Assembly: GCF_963921235.1 (NCBI RefSeq)
Contig: NC_086097.1
Location: forward strand, 62,188,001 to 62,252,000
Direction: 5' to 3'
DNA length: 64,000 nucleotides
Source: Mobula hypostoma
Taxonomy: Eukaryota
Positions 13,090 through 24,542 of this stretch are shown piece by piece. Numbering within the stretch: the first letter of the stretch is position 1; each line of letters opens with the position of its first letter. The notes beneath the pieces were generated by a model, which saw only the letters and a list, made by a program, of their open reading frames with translations, did not search any database and was not told where the DNA came from. The translations under genes and the position numbers were made by a program.

Positions 13090-13380
13090 GATCATAACCA
13101 GATTCAATTTTGTTATCACTGACATGTTGTAAAAATTTGTTGTTTGTGGCAACAGGAGAATGCAATACATAAAAATTCCTATAAATTTCTGTAACTAAAA
13201 AACATATATGAAAATAAATAGTGCAAAATGAGAGTGAAAGAGTGGGGTGGTGTTCATAGGTACTTGGGCTGTTCGTAAATCTACTGACAGAGGGGAAGCT
13301 GTTCCTAAAACACTGTGTGTGCATCTTCAGGCTGCTGTACCTTTCTACCCGATAGCAGTAATGAGACAAGGGCATCTCTT
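13090..13380 (-). mobile_element. Rex1/Babar 3' UTR fragment
   Basis: gaagctgttcc...cttcaggct with an antisense tail like those at 50645-51000 and 61060-61430. Confidence 0.55.
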
Positions 13381-13468
13381 GGATATCCTGGATTTTACAG
13401 TGATTGTAGAATGGGTGAAACATGTCTTTGACCCTCTTGTTCAGTGCGTTGTGTATTAGATATTGTCA

Positions 13469-13663
13469 GGGGTGTATGGGGTGTCAGGGAGGGGTAGCAC
13501 CTCTGGTGGGGGAACATATTGCGTCCTTTTCAGGGTGGTTAGTCCACCTTTGGTCGCCACCTGGCACTCAGCTCTCACCTGTGGCTCCCCGTAGCTATTT
13601 GCATGCGACAGCGGCCACACCGCAGGCAACGGCTTCGACAAGCCGGCTAAATCAGGTGAGGGT
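13469..13663 (+). ncRNA. HDV-like (nested double pseudoknot) ribozyme at the retroposon 5' end
   Basis: P1 GGGGUGU/ACACCGC (13617-13623); P2 CUCACCUG (13574-81)/CAGGUGAG (13653-60); P3 GGC/GCC; L3 UCCCCGUA; GCAAC; P4 CGGCUU-CGAC-AAGCCG; J4/2 GCUAA with putative catalytic C at 13647. Confidence 0.72.
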
Positions 13664-14050
13664 AGCCGACGGGTCTCAAACCCTCGGTGTGATAGGGAGT
13701 TGTCTATCCCAGCATGTGAAGACAGACTCCGGCGGATTGAGCAGATGAGACCAATGGAAGGTCCAACGGTCAAGAAGGCGGTCTCTGCAAGCGTCGTGGA
13801 ACGTGTAGATCAGGACAAGACACAGAAGACGTCCTGGTCATCCACTGCGCCTAGTCCCATCTCCAGCCGTCTCGACTCTGTCTTGCCACTGGATCCAGAT
13901 GGGAATTGGGAAGAGAGAGTGAGGCTGACGTTGCGCAACTCTCCCTCACTTAAATCCAAATCACGTGCTAGTCTCGACACCATCATTATGGTGTCGAGGT
14001 CCTCATCGACACCAACGATGGACGAACAACCAACCAACCAACAACCAACC
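13469..14050 (+). mobile_element. Non-autonomous RTE-like retroposon (582 bp) with 11-bp TSD and (CAAC)n tail
   Basis: TSD agatattgtca at 13458-13468 and 14051-14061; microsatellite tail; 3' hairpins; no RT/EN motifs. The RTE assignment is inferred from the tail and the 5' ribozyme. Confidence 0.8.
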
Positions 14051-16074
14051 AGATATTGTCAAAATCTGGAAAATCAGCTCAGTATAATTACTTTATCATT
14101 TCGAATGTCTGAACAAATTATAGCTTTTAATGTCCTGACAAACATTGAATTTAGGAACATATTATCGTGAAATTACTAACCTCAGCTATAATATTCTTCA
14201 CGGTGAAATAGAGAAAAACTAACCACGTTGCCTGTGTTTTCCTGTTGGACAAGAAATGCTTATTTTACAATTCAAATCCATTTCAACTTTTAGTCCTGGT
14301 GCTGTGTATAAGTGGGAAATTCTGGGAAGGATCATGTTGGTGATGACCTTCTGGCTAATTTACTAAGACCTTTCCATCATTCAATCTGTAATCTCCTCCA
14401 GCACTTCACCTTCACAAGTTATATGCACTCCTCCAACTCTGATCTCTCGAATGTCCCCCGATTTAATAATTGAAGGAATGGTTGCTATGCCTACAGCTGC
14501 TGATCATCTCAGCCCTGAAATAATCTCCCTGGATTTTTCAGCATCCCTGCCTTTTTTTTCTCACTTTAAGATTCTCTTTAAAGCATGCTTCTTTGATATA
14601 TCTTGTGATATTCTCTTATGTGATTCATTGTCAGATGTTGCTTGGTAATGGTCCTGTATGGGACATTCCACTACCTTAAAGATTCAATGTGAATACAAGT
14701 TGCTGGTGTTTAATATTTTATGGATATCAAATTCTTGATAGTCTGTTGACGTGCATCAAAACCATTTCAAAAATGCAAACACTGGGCATGTTTCTTTGTC
14801 AAACTTTGCTGAAACAGACAGTGGGTTAGCATTGTTCTGCCAGGTAAGCATAACCTTGTATAAGAAGGTTTTCTCCAGAGTTTCTGCAAATAATATGGCA
14901 GCGCATGGGAACAAGTTTCAAGAAAATTAACTTTCATGACTGCTTTGCAACACTATTATTCATAGCCACAATCCAGAATCTGTGATATGCCAAGTTCTTG
15001 CCCTGTAAACGTTTGTACAAAGTTCTTACTGTCTGCTGCATCAACTTTAAAAGGACAAACCTAAGGAGGAGTTATAGAGAAGTACAGCACAGAATTAACC
15101 CTTACATACTGTTCGGGTCAACTTTGACCCTTTTGACCGCAGTGAAAACACCCTAAACGTCGTTTTTCCCAGCCAAAATTTTATGACTTTTCCTAAAGTG
15201 ACCCAAAATGCGCAAAAGTGAAAAGATTTTTAAAAATTAAACTTTTATACAGGTGCTACAATTTTTGCAATACTGAAGCTGTTCCAGGCCAAGTTTTACC
15301 CGTACCGATTGCAATGGCTATTGGTGGTCTAATGTTACGTGGAACTCCTGGAAAGGTCATAGTGCCTTGGCGCTGTGGCGAGATCTGCATCTGCAAGCAC
15401 ACGGTGAGCTGAGCATGCATTTTAGTGACGGCAGTTATGGAAGCAAGACGTAGACTTTGTGTTCAGGAAGTAATTGATCAGGTGTTTGAAGATGAACATA
15501 CAGACAGTGAATTGGAGGAGGAATTTTCAGAGCAGGAGGACTACATGGAGGAAGACTCTGATTACAGCCCCTCAGACGAAGACGACTCTGACAGAGAGGA
15601 GGAGAAAGCAAGGGAAATATTTATGTCCAAGGACAACAAGATCTGTTGGTCCTCACTTCCATATGAGGCTGCAGGCAGGATGGCAGCGGAAAATGTCATT
15701 CAGAAGACTCCAGGACCCACAAGACCGGCTGTATCACATGCATTTGACGTTTTATCTACTTTCCTGCTCTCCTGGGAAGCCAGCTGTGGGAGGCCCGGAG
15801 AGAAAGCAAGGCATGCGCGTCGTGTTGGACGTGACAGAAGGGCTGAAAGGAAACAACGTGACCTGTGACAACTTCTTCATGTCTCATGAGCTTGGTCAGG
15901 CGCTCCTAAAGAAGAAAATCACAATGGTAGGTACTGTGAGGTGGAACAAGCCGGAGATGCCACCTGCTCTGACTGAAAGAAGGGGGAGAGAGGTCTTGTC
16001 TTCTAAGTTTGTGTTCACCCATGACACCACAGTTGTGTGGTATGTGGCAAAGAAGAACAAGAATGTGATCCTCA

Positions 16075-16160
16075 GGAGTCTCGGCCTAAAACGTCGACTA
16101 TACCTCTTCCTAGAGATGCTGCCTGGCCTGCTGTGTTTACCAGCAACTTTGATGTGTGTT
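16075..16160 (+). mobile_element. Penelope pLTR 3' end fragment (3' half of hammerhead plus 65 nt)
   Basis: gtctcggcctaaaacgtcgact...gcaactttgatgtgtgtt, matching 39131-39213. Confidence 0.85.
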
Positions 16161-17378
16161 GGATGTAGTGTACCTGGACTTTCAGAAAGCCTTTGATAAG
16201 ATCCCACATAGGAGGTTAGTGGGCAAAATTAGAGCATATGGTATTGGTGGTAGGGTACTGACATGGATAGAAAATTGGTTGGCAGACAGGAAACAAACAG
16301 TAGGGATTAATGGGTCCTTTTCAGAATGGCAGGGAGTGATTAGTGGGGTACCTCAATGCTCGGTGCTGGGACTGCAGCTATTTACAATATACATTAATGA
16401 TTTAGATGAAGGGATTAAAAGTAACATTAGCAAATTTGCAGATGACACAAAGCTGGGTGGCAGTGTGAAATGTGAGGAGGATGTTATGAGAATACAGGGT
16501 GACTTGGACAGCTTGGCTGAGTGGGCAGATGCATGGTAGATGCAGTTTAATTTGGATAAATGTGAGGTTATCCACTTTGGTGGTAAGAACAGGAAGGCAG
16601 ATTACTATCTGAATGGGGTCAAATTTGGAAAAGGGGAAGTACAATGAGATCTGAGTGTCCTTGTTCATCAGTCACTGAAAGTAAGCATACAGGTACAGCA
16701 GGCAGTTAAGAAAGCTATTGGCATGTTGGCATTCATAACAAGGGAAGTTGAGTATAGGAGCAAAGAGGTCCTTCTGCAGTTGTACAAGGCCCTGGTGAGA
16801 CCACACCTGAAGTATGTGTGCAGTTTTGGTCTCCAAATTTGAGGAAGGACATTCTTGCTATGGAGGGAGTGCAGCGTAGGTTCACTGGGTTAATTTCACG
16901 GATGGTGGGAATGTCATATGTTGAAAGATTGGAGCGACTGGGCTTGTATACACTGGAATTTAGAAGGATGAGAGGGGATCTGATTGAAACATATAAGATT
17001 ATTAAGGGATTCGACATGCTGGAGGCAGGAAGCATGTTCCCGATGTTGGGGGAGTCCAGAACCAGAGGCCACAGTTTAAGAATAAGGGGTGGACCATTTA
17101 GAATGGAGTTGAGGAAAAACTTTTTCACACAGAGGGTTGTGGATCTGTGGAATGCTCTGCCTCAGAAGGCAGTGGAGGTCAATTCTCTGGATTCTTTCAA
17201 GAAGGAGTTAGATAGAGCTCTAAAAGAGAGGGGAGTCAAGGGATATGAGGAGAAGGCAGGAATAGGGTACTGATTGTGGATGATCAGCCATGATCACAGT
17301 GAGTGGCGGTGCTGGCTCGAAGGGCCAAATGGCCCCTACTCTTGCACCTATTTTCTGTTGTCTATCGTCTATTGTCTA
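16161..17378 (+). mobile_element. CR1 LINE 3' part (RT and 3' UTR)
   Basis: DVVYLDFQKAFDK, SGVPQ, KFADDTKLGG, RGHSL, FFTQRVV; stops and a frameshift; (TCTATTG)-like tail. Confidence 0.92.
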
Positions 17379-18379
17379 TTTCTACAAACAATGCCTTTGT
17401 CATCTGGGGTGACCTGAGCCCGACTTGGAGGGCAAGCGAGAGGAACAGGAGGAGGTTCTTTCTGGAGGAGCTTGGAAAGGCCCTTGTGACTTCTTCTATG
17501 CAAAGGTGAGAACACCTTGCCCGCGCACCATTCTCAGGAGCCGTGGTAAGGGCAGTGCAGCAATCTGTACCTGGCCCTGCTCAACAAGTCCCACAAGAGG
17601 CTAAAACAGGGGGACAAAAGAGAAGGAGATACAACTACTGCCCTGCAAAACAGGACTGCAAAATATCGACTACTCGCAGCAAATGTGGTAGACTCATATG
17701 CAAGGGCCACACCCGCAAGGTTTCCCACTACTGCTTTGAATACAAAGACTAGTTTGCAAATAACAATTACTTTTTTGTTTAGTTTGTTGGTTAAATGTTA
17801 CTTAATGTTGAATTAATAGTTAATAGTTATAATTAGATAGCAGTTAGTAGGATTTTTTTTAATGATTATAGCAGTGAGGACAGTGTTTGCTGATTGTAAT
17901 AGTTACAAATGGTTATATAATAAACCTCACAGTTCCAGAATGTTCTTGCCTTTTTCAGTTTCAATAAAATATATTTAATTTTTTATGGCTGTTATGTTTT
18001 CATGTCTTAGGTAAAATAGGACATTATATTGTGTGACAGTATATGTTTTTTGTCCAACAACAAGTGGTGTCAAACCTAAAAAATACACTGTCCCTCATCT
18101 CTAATACATTAATTAAGGATTAATCACACTTTTATTAATGGCAGATAGTCTAGTTTGACATTGTAAATAGACCAGTGGCTCAAAATTTGGTATAGACACT
18201 TTGTATAGGGGGATTCTTGGGCCAGTGTCAAAATTGACTCTGACCATACTGGGAAGGTATAAAATCTGGACAGTATGTAAGGGTTAAGTCTTTAGGCCTA
18301 TTTTGTCCATGCTGAATGATTTAAACTGCCTACTCCCATTGACCTGCACCGGATCCTTAACCCTCCACGTCCCTGCACA

Positions 18380-20460
18380 TCATCTTCTAGGGCAACTTCA
18401 TGCCTTCTTTCAGACCTCTTGATTGCTTTCATGAGTGTTCTCTTGCATTTCTTATAGTAAATAAGCATCTCATTTGTTCTTATCTGCCTGTACCTGCAAT
18501 GCACTTCTTTTTTCTTAACCAGGGCCTCAATATCTCTTTAAAACCAAGGTTCCCTACACATTATCTTACCTTTATATTCTGCAGGCACATACAAGCTATT
18601 TACTCAAAATTTCACTTTTAGCGACCACCCACTTACCAAGTACACCTTTGCCAGAAAACAACCTGTCTCAATTCATACTTGCCAGATCCTTTCTGATAAC
18701 ATAAAGTGACCTTTCTCCGATTTAAATTCTGAACACGTGGACCAGCCTTATCTTTTTGCACATTTACTTTGAAACTAATGGCATTGTGATCACTAGATGC
18801 AAGTGTTCTCCTACACAAACTTCTGTTACTTGCCTTGTCTCATTCACAAATAGCAGATCAAGTATCATGCACTCTCTCATTGGAACTTCTATGTACTGAT
18901 TAAGAAAACTTTCCTAAACACATTAGACAAACTCTATCCCCTCTAGTTCTTTTACAGTACAGTAACTTTCCCAATATGTGGAAAGTTAAAATCACCTACT
19001 ATAACAACCTTGTTTCTTGCAACAGTCCGCAATCTCTCTACAAATTTGTTTATCTAAGTCCCTCAGACTGTTGAGTGGTCTACAATACAGTCCCATTAAT
19101 GTGGTCATACCTTATTTATTTCTCAGTTCCAGCCATAATGCCTCACGAGACGAGTTCCCCTGTCTATCCTGGCTGAGCACTGCCATGGCATTTTCCTTGA
19201 CTAGTAGCACCACCCTTTCTTTAACCCCTCCCTCTCTGTCACATCTAAAACAACAGAACCTCAGAATATTGAGCTGCCAATCCTGCTCCTCCTGCAGCCA
19301 AGTCTCACTAATAGCTACAATATCATAATTCCAGGTGTTGATCTATGCCTTGATTTCATCTGCCTTTCCTACAATACTTGAAATATACACAGCTCAGGGC
19401 ATTAGTTGCACCATGCTCTACAATTTGATTCTTGACTTTGTCTCAGGTCTTAACAACTTCTGTCTCCACAACCTCCCCACTAACAGTTCTGGCACTCTGG
19501 TTCCCATCCCGCTGCAACTCCAGTTTAAGATCCATCTTGCAGCACTAGCAAACCTTCCCACTAGGTTATTCCCACTTCCAGTTCAGGTGCAAACCATCTC
19601 TTCTGCATAGGTCCCACCTTCCCCGCAACAGAGCCCAGTAATCCACGAATGCCTCCTACACTATCTCCTTAACCACATGTTAAACTATACAATCTTCATA
19701 TTTCTGGGCTCACTAGCATGTGGCATGGGTAGAAATCCTGAGATCACAACCCCTGGAGGTCGTGCCCTGAGATCACAACCCCTGGAGGTCGTGCCCATTA
19801 ACTTTGCACCCAACTCCCAGAACTCCCTTTAGTGAACCTTATCACTCTTCCTACCTATGTCATAGTTATCTACATGGATCATAACCTCTGGCTGTTTTCC
19901 CTCACTTAATGCTGAGGACTTGATCTGAAATATCCCAGATCCTGACACCCAGGAGGCAATATACCATCCAGGAATCTCATTCTTGTCGACATAACCTCCT
20001 TTCTGTTCCCCTAACTAACAAACAAATGCTGTCACCACAGCTCATCTCTTCTCCTCTCTTCCCTTCTGAGTTGCAGGGTCAGACTCAGTGTCAGAAACCT
20101 GACTGCTGTGACTTTTCTCTGCTAGGTCATCCCCCCAACTGTAGCCAAAGTGATATACCTGTTGTTGAGGGGGTGGCCACAGGGGTACTCTGTTCTGGCT
20201 TTTTAACCCCTTTCCCCTTCCTGACTGTCACCCAGAGTCCTGTGTCATGCATCTTGGGTGTAACCACCTCTCTTTATATCTTATCTATCACCCCCTCAGC
20301 CGCGTGAATGATCCAGACTTCATCCGGTTTCAGACCCAGCTCCTTAACGCAGAGTGTTTGAAGCTGCAGCTGGATGCACTTCTTGAAGGTGTAGTTGTCA
20401 GGGACACTGAAGGTCTCCCTACCTTACCACATCCTGCAAGAAGATGATTCCACTACCCTG
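18380..20460 (-). mobile_element. Degenerate CR1 LINE 5' part (ORF1 and endonuclease)
   Basis: LASSDHN near 18800 (-) and a GDFN-type motif near 18990. An ORF1 N-terminus resembling SSCRMW...VPDNYTFKKCIQLQL lies at 20330-20445 (-). Confidence 0.7.
19737..19794. repeat. Perfect 29-bp tandem duplication
   Basis: cctgagatcacaacccctggaggtcgtgc occurs twice. Confidence 0.95.
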
Positions 20461-20989
20461 CCTTGCATTTCTACTGTTTTAACTGAACAAATATAAGGGT
20501 AAAACAATAAACTGTGGGAGAAGAGAAAAAGCTCTACCTAGAGCTTTTTTTGCCTTCTCTCATTGAAACCTTGAAGAGCTAAAGCCTTAAAAAGCTCCAC
20601 TCTAACTCTGACCACTCCAATGCTGGCCAATCGGCTTGCCTCTGCCTTACTTTAATTGCTTCTTGCCAATCAATCCCAAACACAGATTGGGCAGTGCTCA
20701 AAGCTCCAAACTGCTGTGAGCTGCTGCCTTTTCTGCTCAGTTGGAGAACCTGAGTGATCTATGTCTTCTCAGGCTTCCGACCTGAGAATTCAAAGTGAAC
20801 CGCTGGGGGTTGGGGGCGGAGGGGCAGATGCTGCATGGAGGCCAGAGAGTGGAAAAGAGCCTGTGCTCAGCTTCATAACCCCATGCCAATTAAAGTGTCG
20901 AGCCAGAGGCCAGATTAAAGCAGGTCCGGAAAACAAACTGGTGTTTTTCTCCCTGCCAGCCAAGATACCCCACTCGTGCCCAGGGACCT

Positions 20990-21330
20990 CTCTACCTCCC
21001 TCCCTCTCTTCTCACTACTACCATCAGGTTGGAGGTGCAGGAGTCTTGGGTCCTATGCTACCAGGATCGGGAGCAGTTTTTGCCCTGTGGCCATCAGGCT
21101 CCTGGACCAACTTCACTCGTCTCAGTGCTGAACTGACTCTGCAGCCTGCGAACTCACTCTGCTGCTCATGTCCTATGTACTATTTGTTTACTTAAGTATT
21201 TGCATGATTTGCCCTCTTTTGCATGTTGGGTGTCTGTGGATTCTATTGTGCTTGTCTTTTGGGGACCTGCAAGATGAATCTCTAGGTTATATATGGTATA
21301 CACACTTTGGTATTAAATCTGAAATTTGAA
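20990..21330 (+). mobile_element. Rex1/Babar 3' fragment
   Basis: ctcactactaccatcaggttggaggtgcaggagtc...ccatcaggctcc plus a 3' UTR shared with 5220-5590. Confidence 0.55.
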
Positions 21331-22287
21331 AAATGGACTGCCTTATGTTAGTACTGGTAGATGTAAAACACACAGGTCAAAATGTAGAAAAGATGTGGGA
21401 CATAACTCTTCCTATAGTCTTAAAATAATGATGCAGATTGGAGGATGTCAGGTGAAGCAGTAGTGTTGGGGCAGAGCAAATGAATTTGATGAGGAATGTG
21501 AAGTACAACTTGAAAGTCCAATGCGATGCATATTACATAAAACCTGCATTACGGAAGAGACCTTAGTGGACATACCGGTTGTGTGGTGAAAAAAGCACTG
21601 AGCTGAGCACTTCCTCAGAGGAAGTTTAGTATGAGTTCCCAATTCCAATTCCATCAAGAATCCTGCCATTAAACTTACACTCTGCCTTGAAGTTTTGATC
21701 AAGATGCCATATTGTTCTTCGAAATGTATTAACAAACCAATGGAGGATACAATGGCAGCCTAATGCAACTTATTTTAAAGATACAAAAATACAATCATGA
21801 GAGTCAAGAGTCAAAGATGATAATGCCTGGGATGGGTATGAAAGGTAGTAGTTGGAGCATTGCCTTCTGTATGTATCAGCAACGACCCCTGTATCTTACC
21901 TGAAGGCAGCGAGCATTACTACAACACAAGATTTTGTAAACACAGCTACTGTGCCTTGTGAATTTCAAGGAAGACATTATCTTGACAGGGAGAGAGAGAG
22001 GAAGAAAGTTGCAGAGATAATAAGGAAAGAGACTATGACAAATAGGCCATAAAATCATCTATGTGATACTACTCAGGGTTCTTTACTTTAACACAGATCC
22101 ACGATTAACAGCAGGGAATGGTTCATGAATTGTTAAACAAACGTTTTGCGTCTACCAACAAAACAAGATGGGCTACATGATTCATTCCACATTTCACTAT
22201 CCAGAATAAGAGCTATGCAATATCTCTGGCTGGACTTTTCCCAGCACTGCTCAAAATGCATAGAGCATCAATCAAAATATTCTTAAA

Positions 22288-22965
22288 TTAGATTATGAGG
22301 ACACTCAGTCCTCATTTATTGTCATTTAGAAATGCATGCATGCATGCATTAAGAAATGATACAATGTTCCTCCAGAGTGATATCTCAGAAAAAAGGACAA
22401 ACCAAAGACTAACATTGACAAGACCACATAATTATAACATATAGTTACACAGCAGTGCAAAGCAATACTATAATTTGATAAAGAGCAGACTATAGGAATG
22501 GTAAAAAAAGTCTCAAAGTTCCGATTGACTCCCGATAGTCCCCGATAGCAGGCGGCAAAAGGGAGAAACTCTCTGCCATAAACCTCCAGGCACTGACAAC
22601 TGTCGGTGCATTGGAAGCACCCGACCACAGCTGACTCTGAGTCCGTCTGAAAAATTTGAGCCTCTGACCAGCCCTTCAACACCGAGCACCGAGCACCAAC
22701 TCTGCCGAGCGCTTCGACCCTATCCCGGCCGCCGAGCAACAAGCAAAGCCGAGGATTTGGGGCCTTCCCCTCCGGAGATTCTGGATCTAACAATAACAGT
22801 GGCAGCGAGAAAGGTATTTCAGAAGTTTCTCCAGATGTTCCTCCATTCTCTGACATCTGTCTCCATCAAATCAGGATTGTGCACAGCACCCTACTTGACA
22901 GATTACAGATATCATTCACCAGAAGTAGTCGCGCAAGCTGCGTCGCGCGCCGTCTTCTCCTCCTC
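22288..22965 (-). mobile_element. Non-coding retroposon with CpG-rich head and LINE-like 3' end
   Basis: The minus strand begins gaggagaagacggcgcgcgacgc and ends aataaatgaggactgagtgtcctcataatctaat (AATAAA, hairpin gaggac/gtcctc, short tail). CpG is well retained. Confidence 0.55.
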
Positions 22966-22984
22966 TTTCTCTTCAAATTGGAGA

Positions 22985-24542
22985 TTCCCAGAGTGCTTAA
23001 GGAAGTAGCCCAAGAAATAGTGGATGCATTAGTGATAATTTTTCAAAACTCGTTAGATTCTGGACTAGTTCCTGAGGATTGGAGGGTGGCTAATGTAACC
23101 CCACTTTTTAAAAAAGGAGGGAGAGAGAAACCGGGGAATTATAGGCCGGTTAGCCTAACGTCGGTGGTGGGGAAACTGCTGGAGTCAGTTATCAAGGATG
23201 TGATAACAGCACATTTGGAAAGCGGTGAAATGATCGGACAAAGTCAGCATGGATTTGTGAAAGGAAAATCATGTCTGACGAATCTCATAGAATTTTTTGA
23301 GGATGTAACTAGTAGAGTGGATAGGGGAGAACCAGTGGATGTGGTATATTTGGATTTTCAAAAGGCTTTTGACAAGGTCCCACACAGGAGATTAGTGTGC
23401 AAACTTAAAGCACACGGTATTGGGGGTAAGGTATTGGTGTGGGTGGAGAATTGGTTAGCAGACAGGAAGCAAAGAGTGGGAATAAACGGGACCTTTTCAG
23501 AATGGCAGGCGGTGACTAGTGGGGTACCGCAAGGCTCAGTGCTGGGACCCCAGTTGTTTACAATATATATTAATGACTTGGATGAGGGAATTAAATGCAG
23601 CATCTCCAAGTTTGCGGATGACACGAAGCTGGGTGGCAGTGTTAGCAGTGAGGAGGATGCTAAGAGGATGCAGGGTGACTTGGATAGGTTGGGGGAGTGG
23701 GCAAACTCATGGCAGATGCAATTTAATGTGGATAAATGTGAAGTTATCCACTTTGGTGGCAAAAATAGGAAAACAGATTATTATCTGAATGGTGGCCGAT
23801 TAGGAAAAGGGGAGGTGCAACGAGACCTGGGTGTCATTATACACCAGTCATTGAAAGTGGGCATGCAGGTACAGCAGGCGGTGAAAAAGGCGAACGGTAT
23901 GCTGGCATTTATAGCGAGAGGATTCGAGTACAGGAGCAGGGAGGTACTACTGCAGTTGTACAAGGCCTTGGTGAGACCACACCTGGAGTATTGTGTGCAG
24001 TTTTGGTCCCCTAATCTGAGGAAAGACATCTTTGCCATAGAGGGAGTACAAAGAAGGTTCACCAGATTGATTCCTGGGATGGCAGGTCTTTCATATGAAG
24101 AAAGACTGGATGAACTGGGCTTGTACTCGTTGGAATTTAGAAGATTGAGGGGGGATCTGATTGAAACGTATAAGATCCTAAAGGGATTGGACAGGCTAGA
24201 TGCGGGAAGATTGTTCCCGATGTTGGGGAGGTCCAGAACGAGGGGTCACAGTTTGAGGATAGAGGGGAAGCCTTTTAGGACCGAGATTAGGAAAAACTTC
24301 TTCACACAGAGAGTGGTGAATCTGTGGAATTCTCTGCCACAGCAAACTGTTGAGGCCGGTTCATTGGCTGTGTTTAAGAGGAAGTTAGATATGGCCCTTG
24401 TGGCTACAGGGGTCAGGGGGTATGGAGGGAAGGCTGGGTTCTGAGTTGGATGATCAGCCATGATCATAATAAATGGCGGTGCAGGCTCGAAGGGCCGAAT
24501 GGCCTACTCCTGCACCTATTTTCTATGTTTCTATGTTTCTAT
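22985..24542 (+). mobile_element. Young 5'-truncated CR1 LINE with uninterrupted RT frame
   Basis: About 485 open codons to the stop at 24444: NYRPVSLTS, QHGF, YLDFQKAFDKVPH, GVPQGSVLGP, KFADD. (TTCTATGT)n tail. Confidence 0.95.

Larger units (their letters stand above)
15437..17752 (+). pseudogene. piggyBac transposase remnant (PGBD4-like)
   Basis: Acidic N-terminus and TPGPT; then VTCDNFF...TMVGTVRWNK...KKNKNVIL (to ~16073); resumes at ~17378 (NAFVIW...RRRFFLEELGKAL); decayed Cys-rich C-terminus at 17543-17752. Confidence 0.88.
15099..18283 (+). mobile_element. piggyBac DNA transposon, internally deleted, with nested Penelope and CR1 insertions
   Basis: TTAA at 15095-15098 and 18284-18287. 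Perfect 14-bp TIR cccttacatactgt (15099-15112, 18270-18283). Subterminal palindrome gggtcaactttgaccc. Confidence 0.95.

Noticed and set aside
13456..14170. ORFs of 75-156 aa overlapping the ribozyme-headed retroposon
   Set aside because: No domain motifs, non-ATG starts or run-through into flanks; expected in GC-rich sequence.
15437..17752. Domesticated PGBD gene
   Set aside because: Large deletions, frameshifts, nested insertions and retained TIRs indicate a dead transposon.
22879..22984. N-terminal ~35 aa of the 521-aa ORF as a novel domain
   Set aside because: Chance read-through from the neighbouring antisense element; CR1 similarity starts near 22985.
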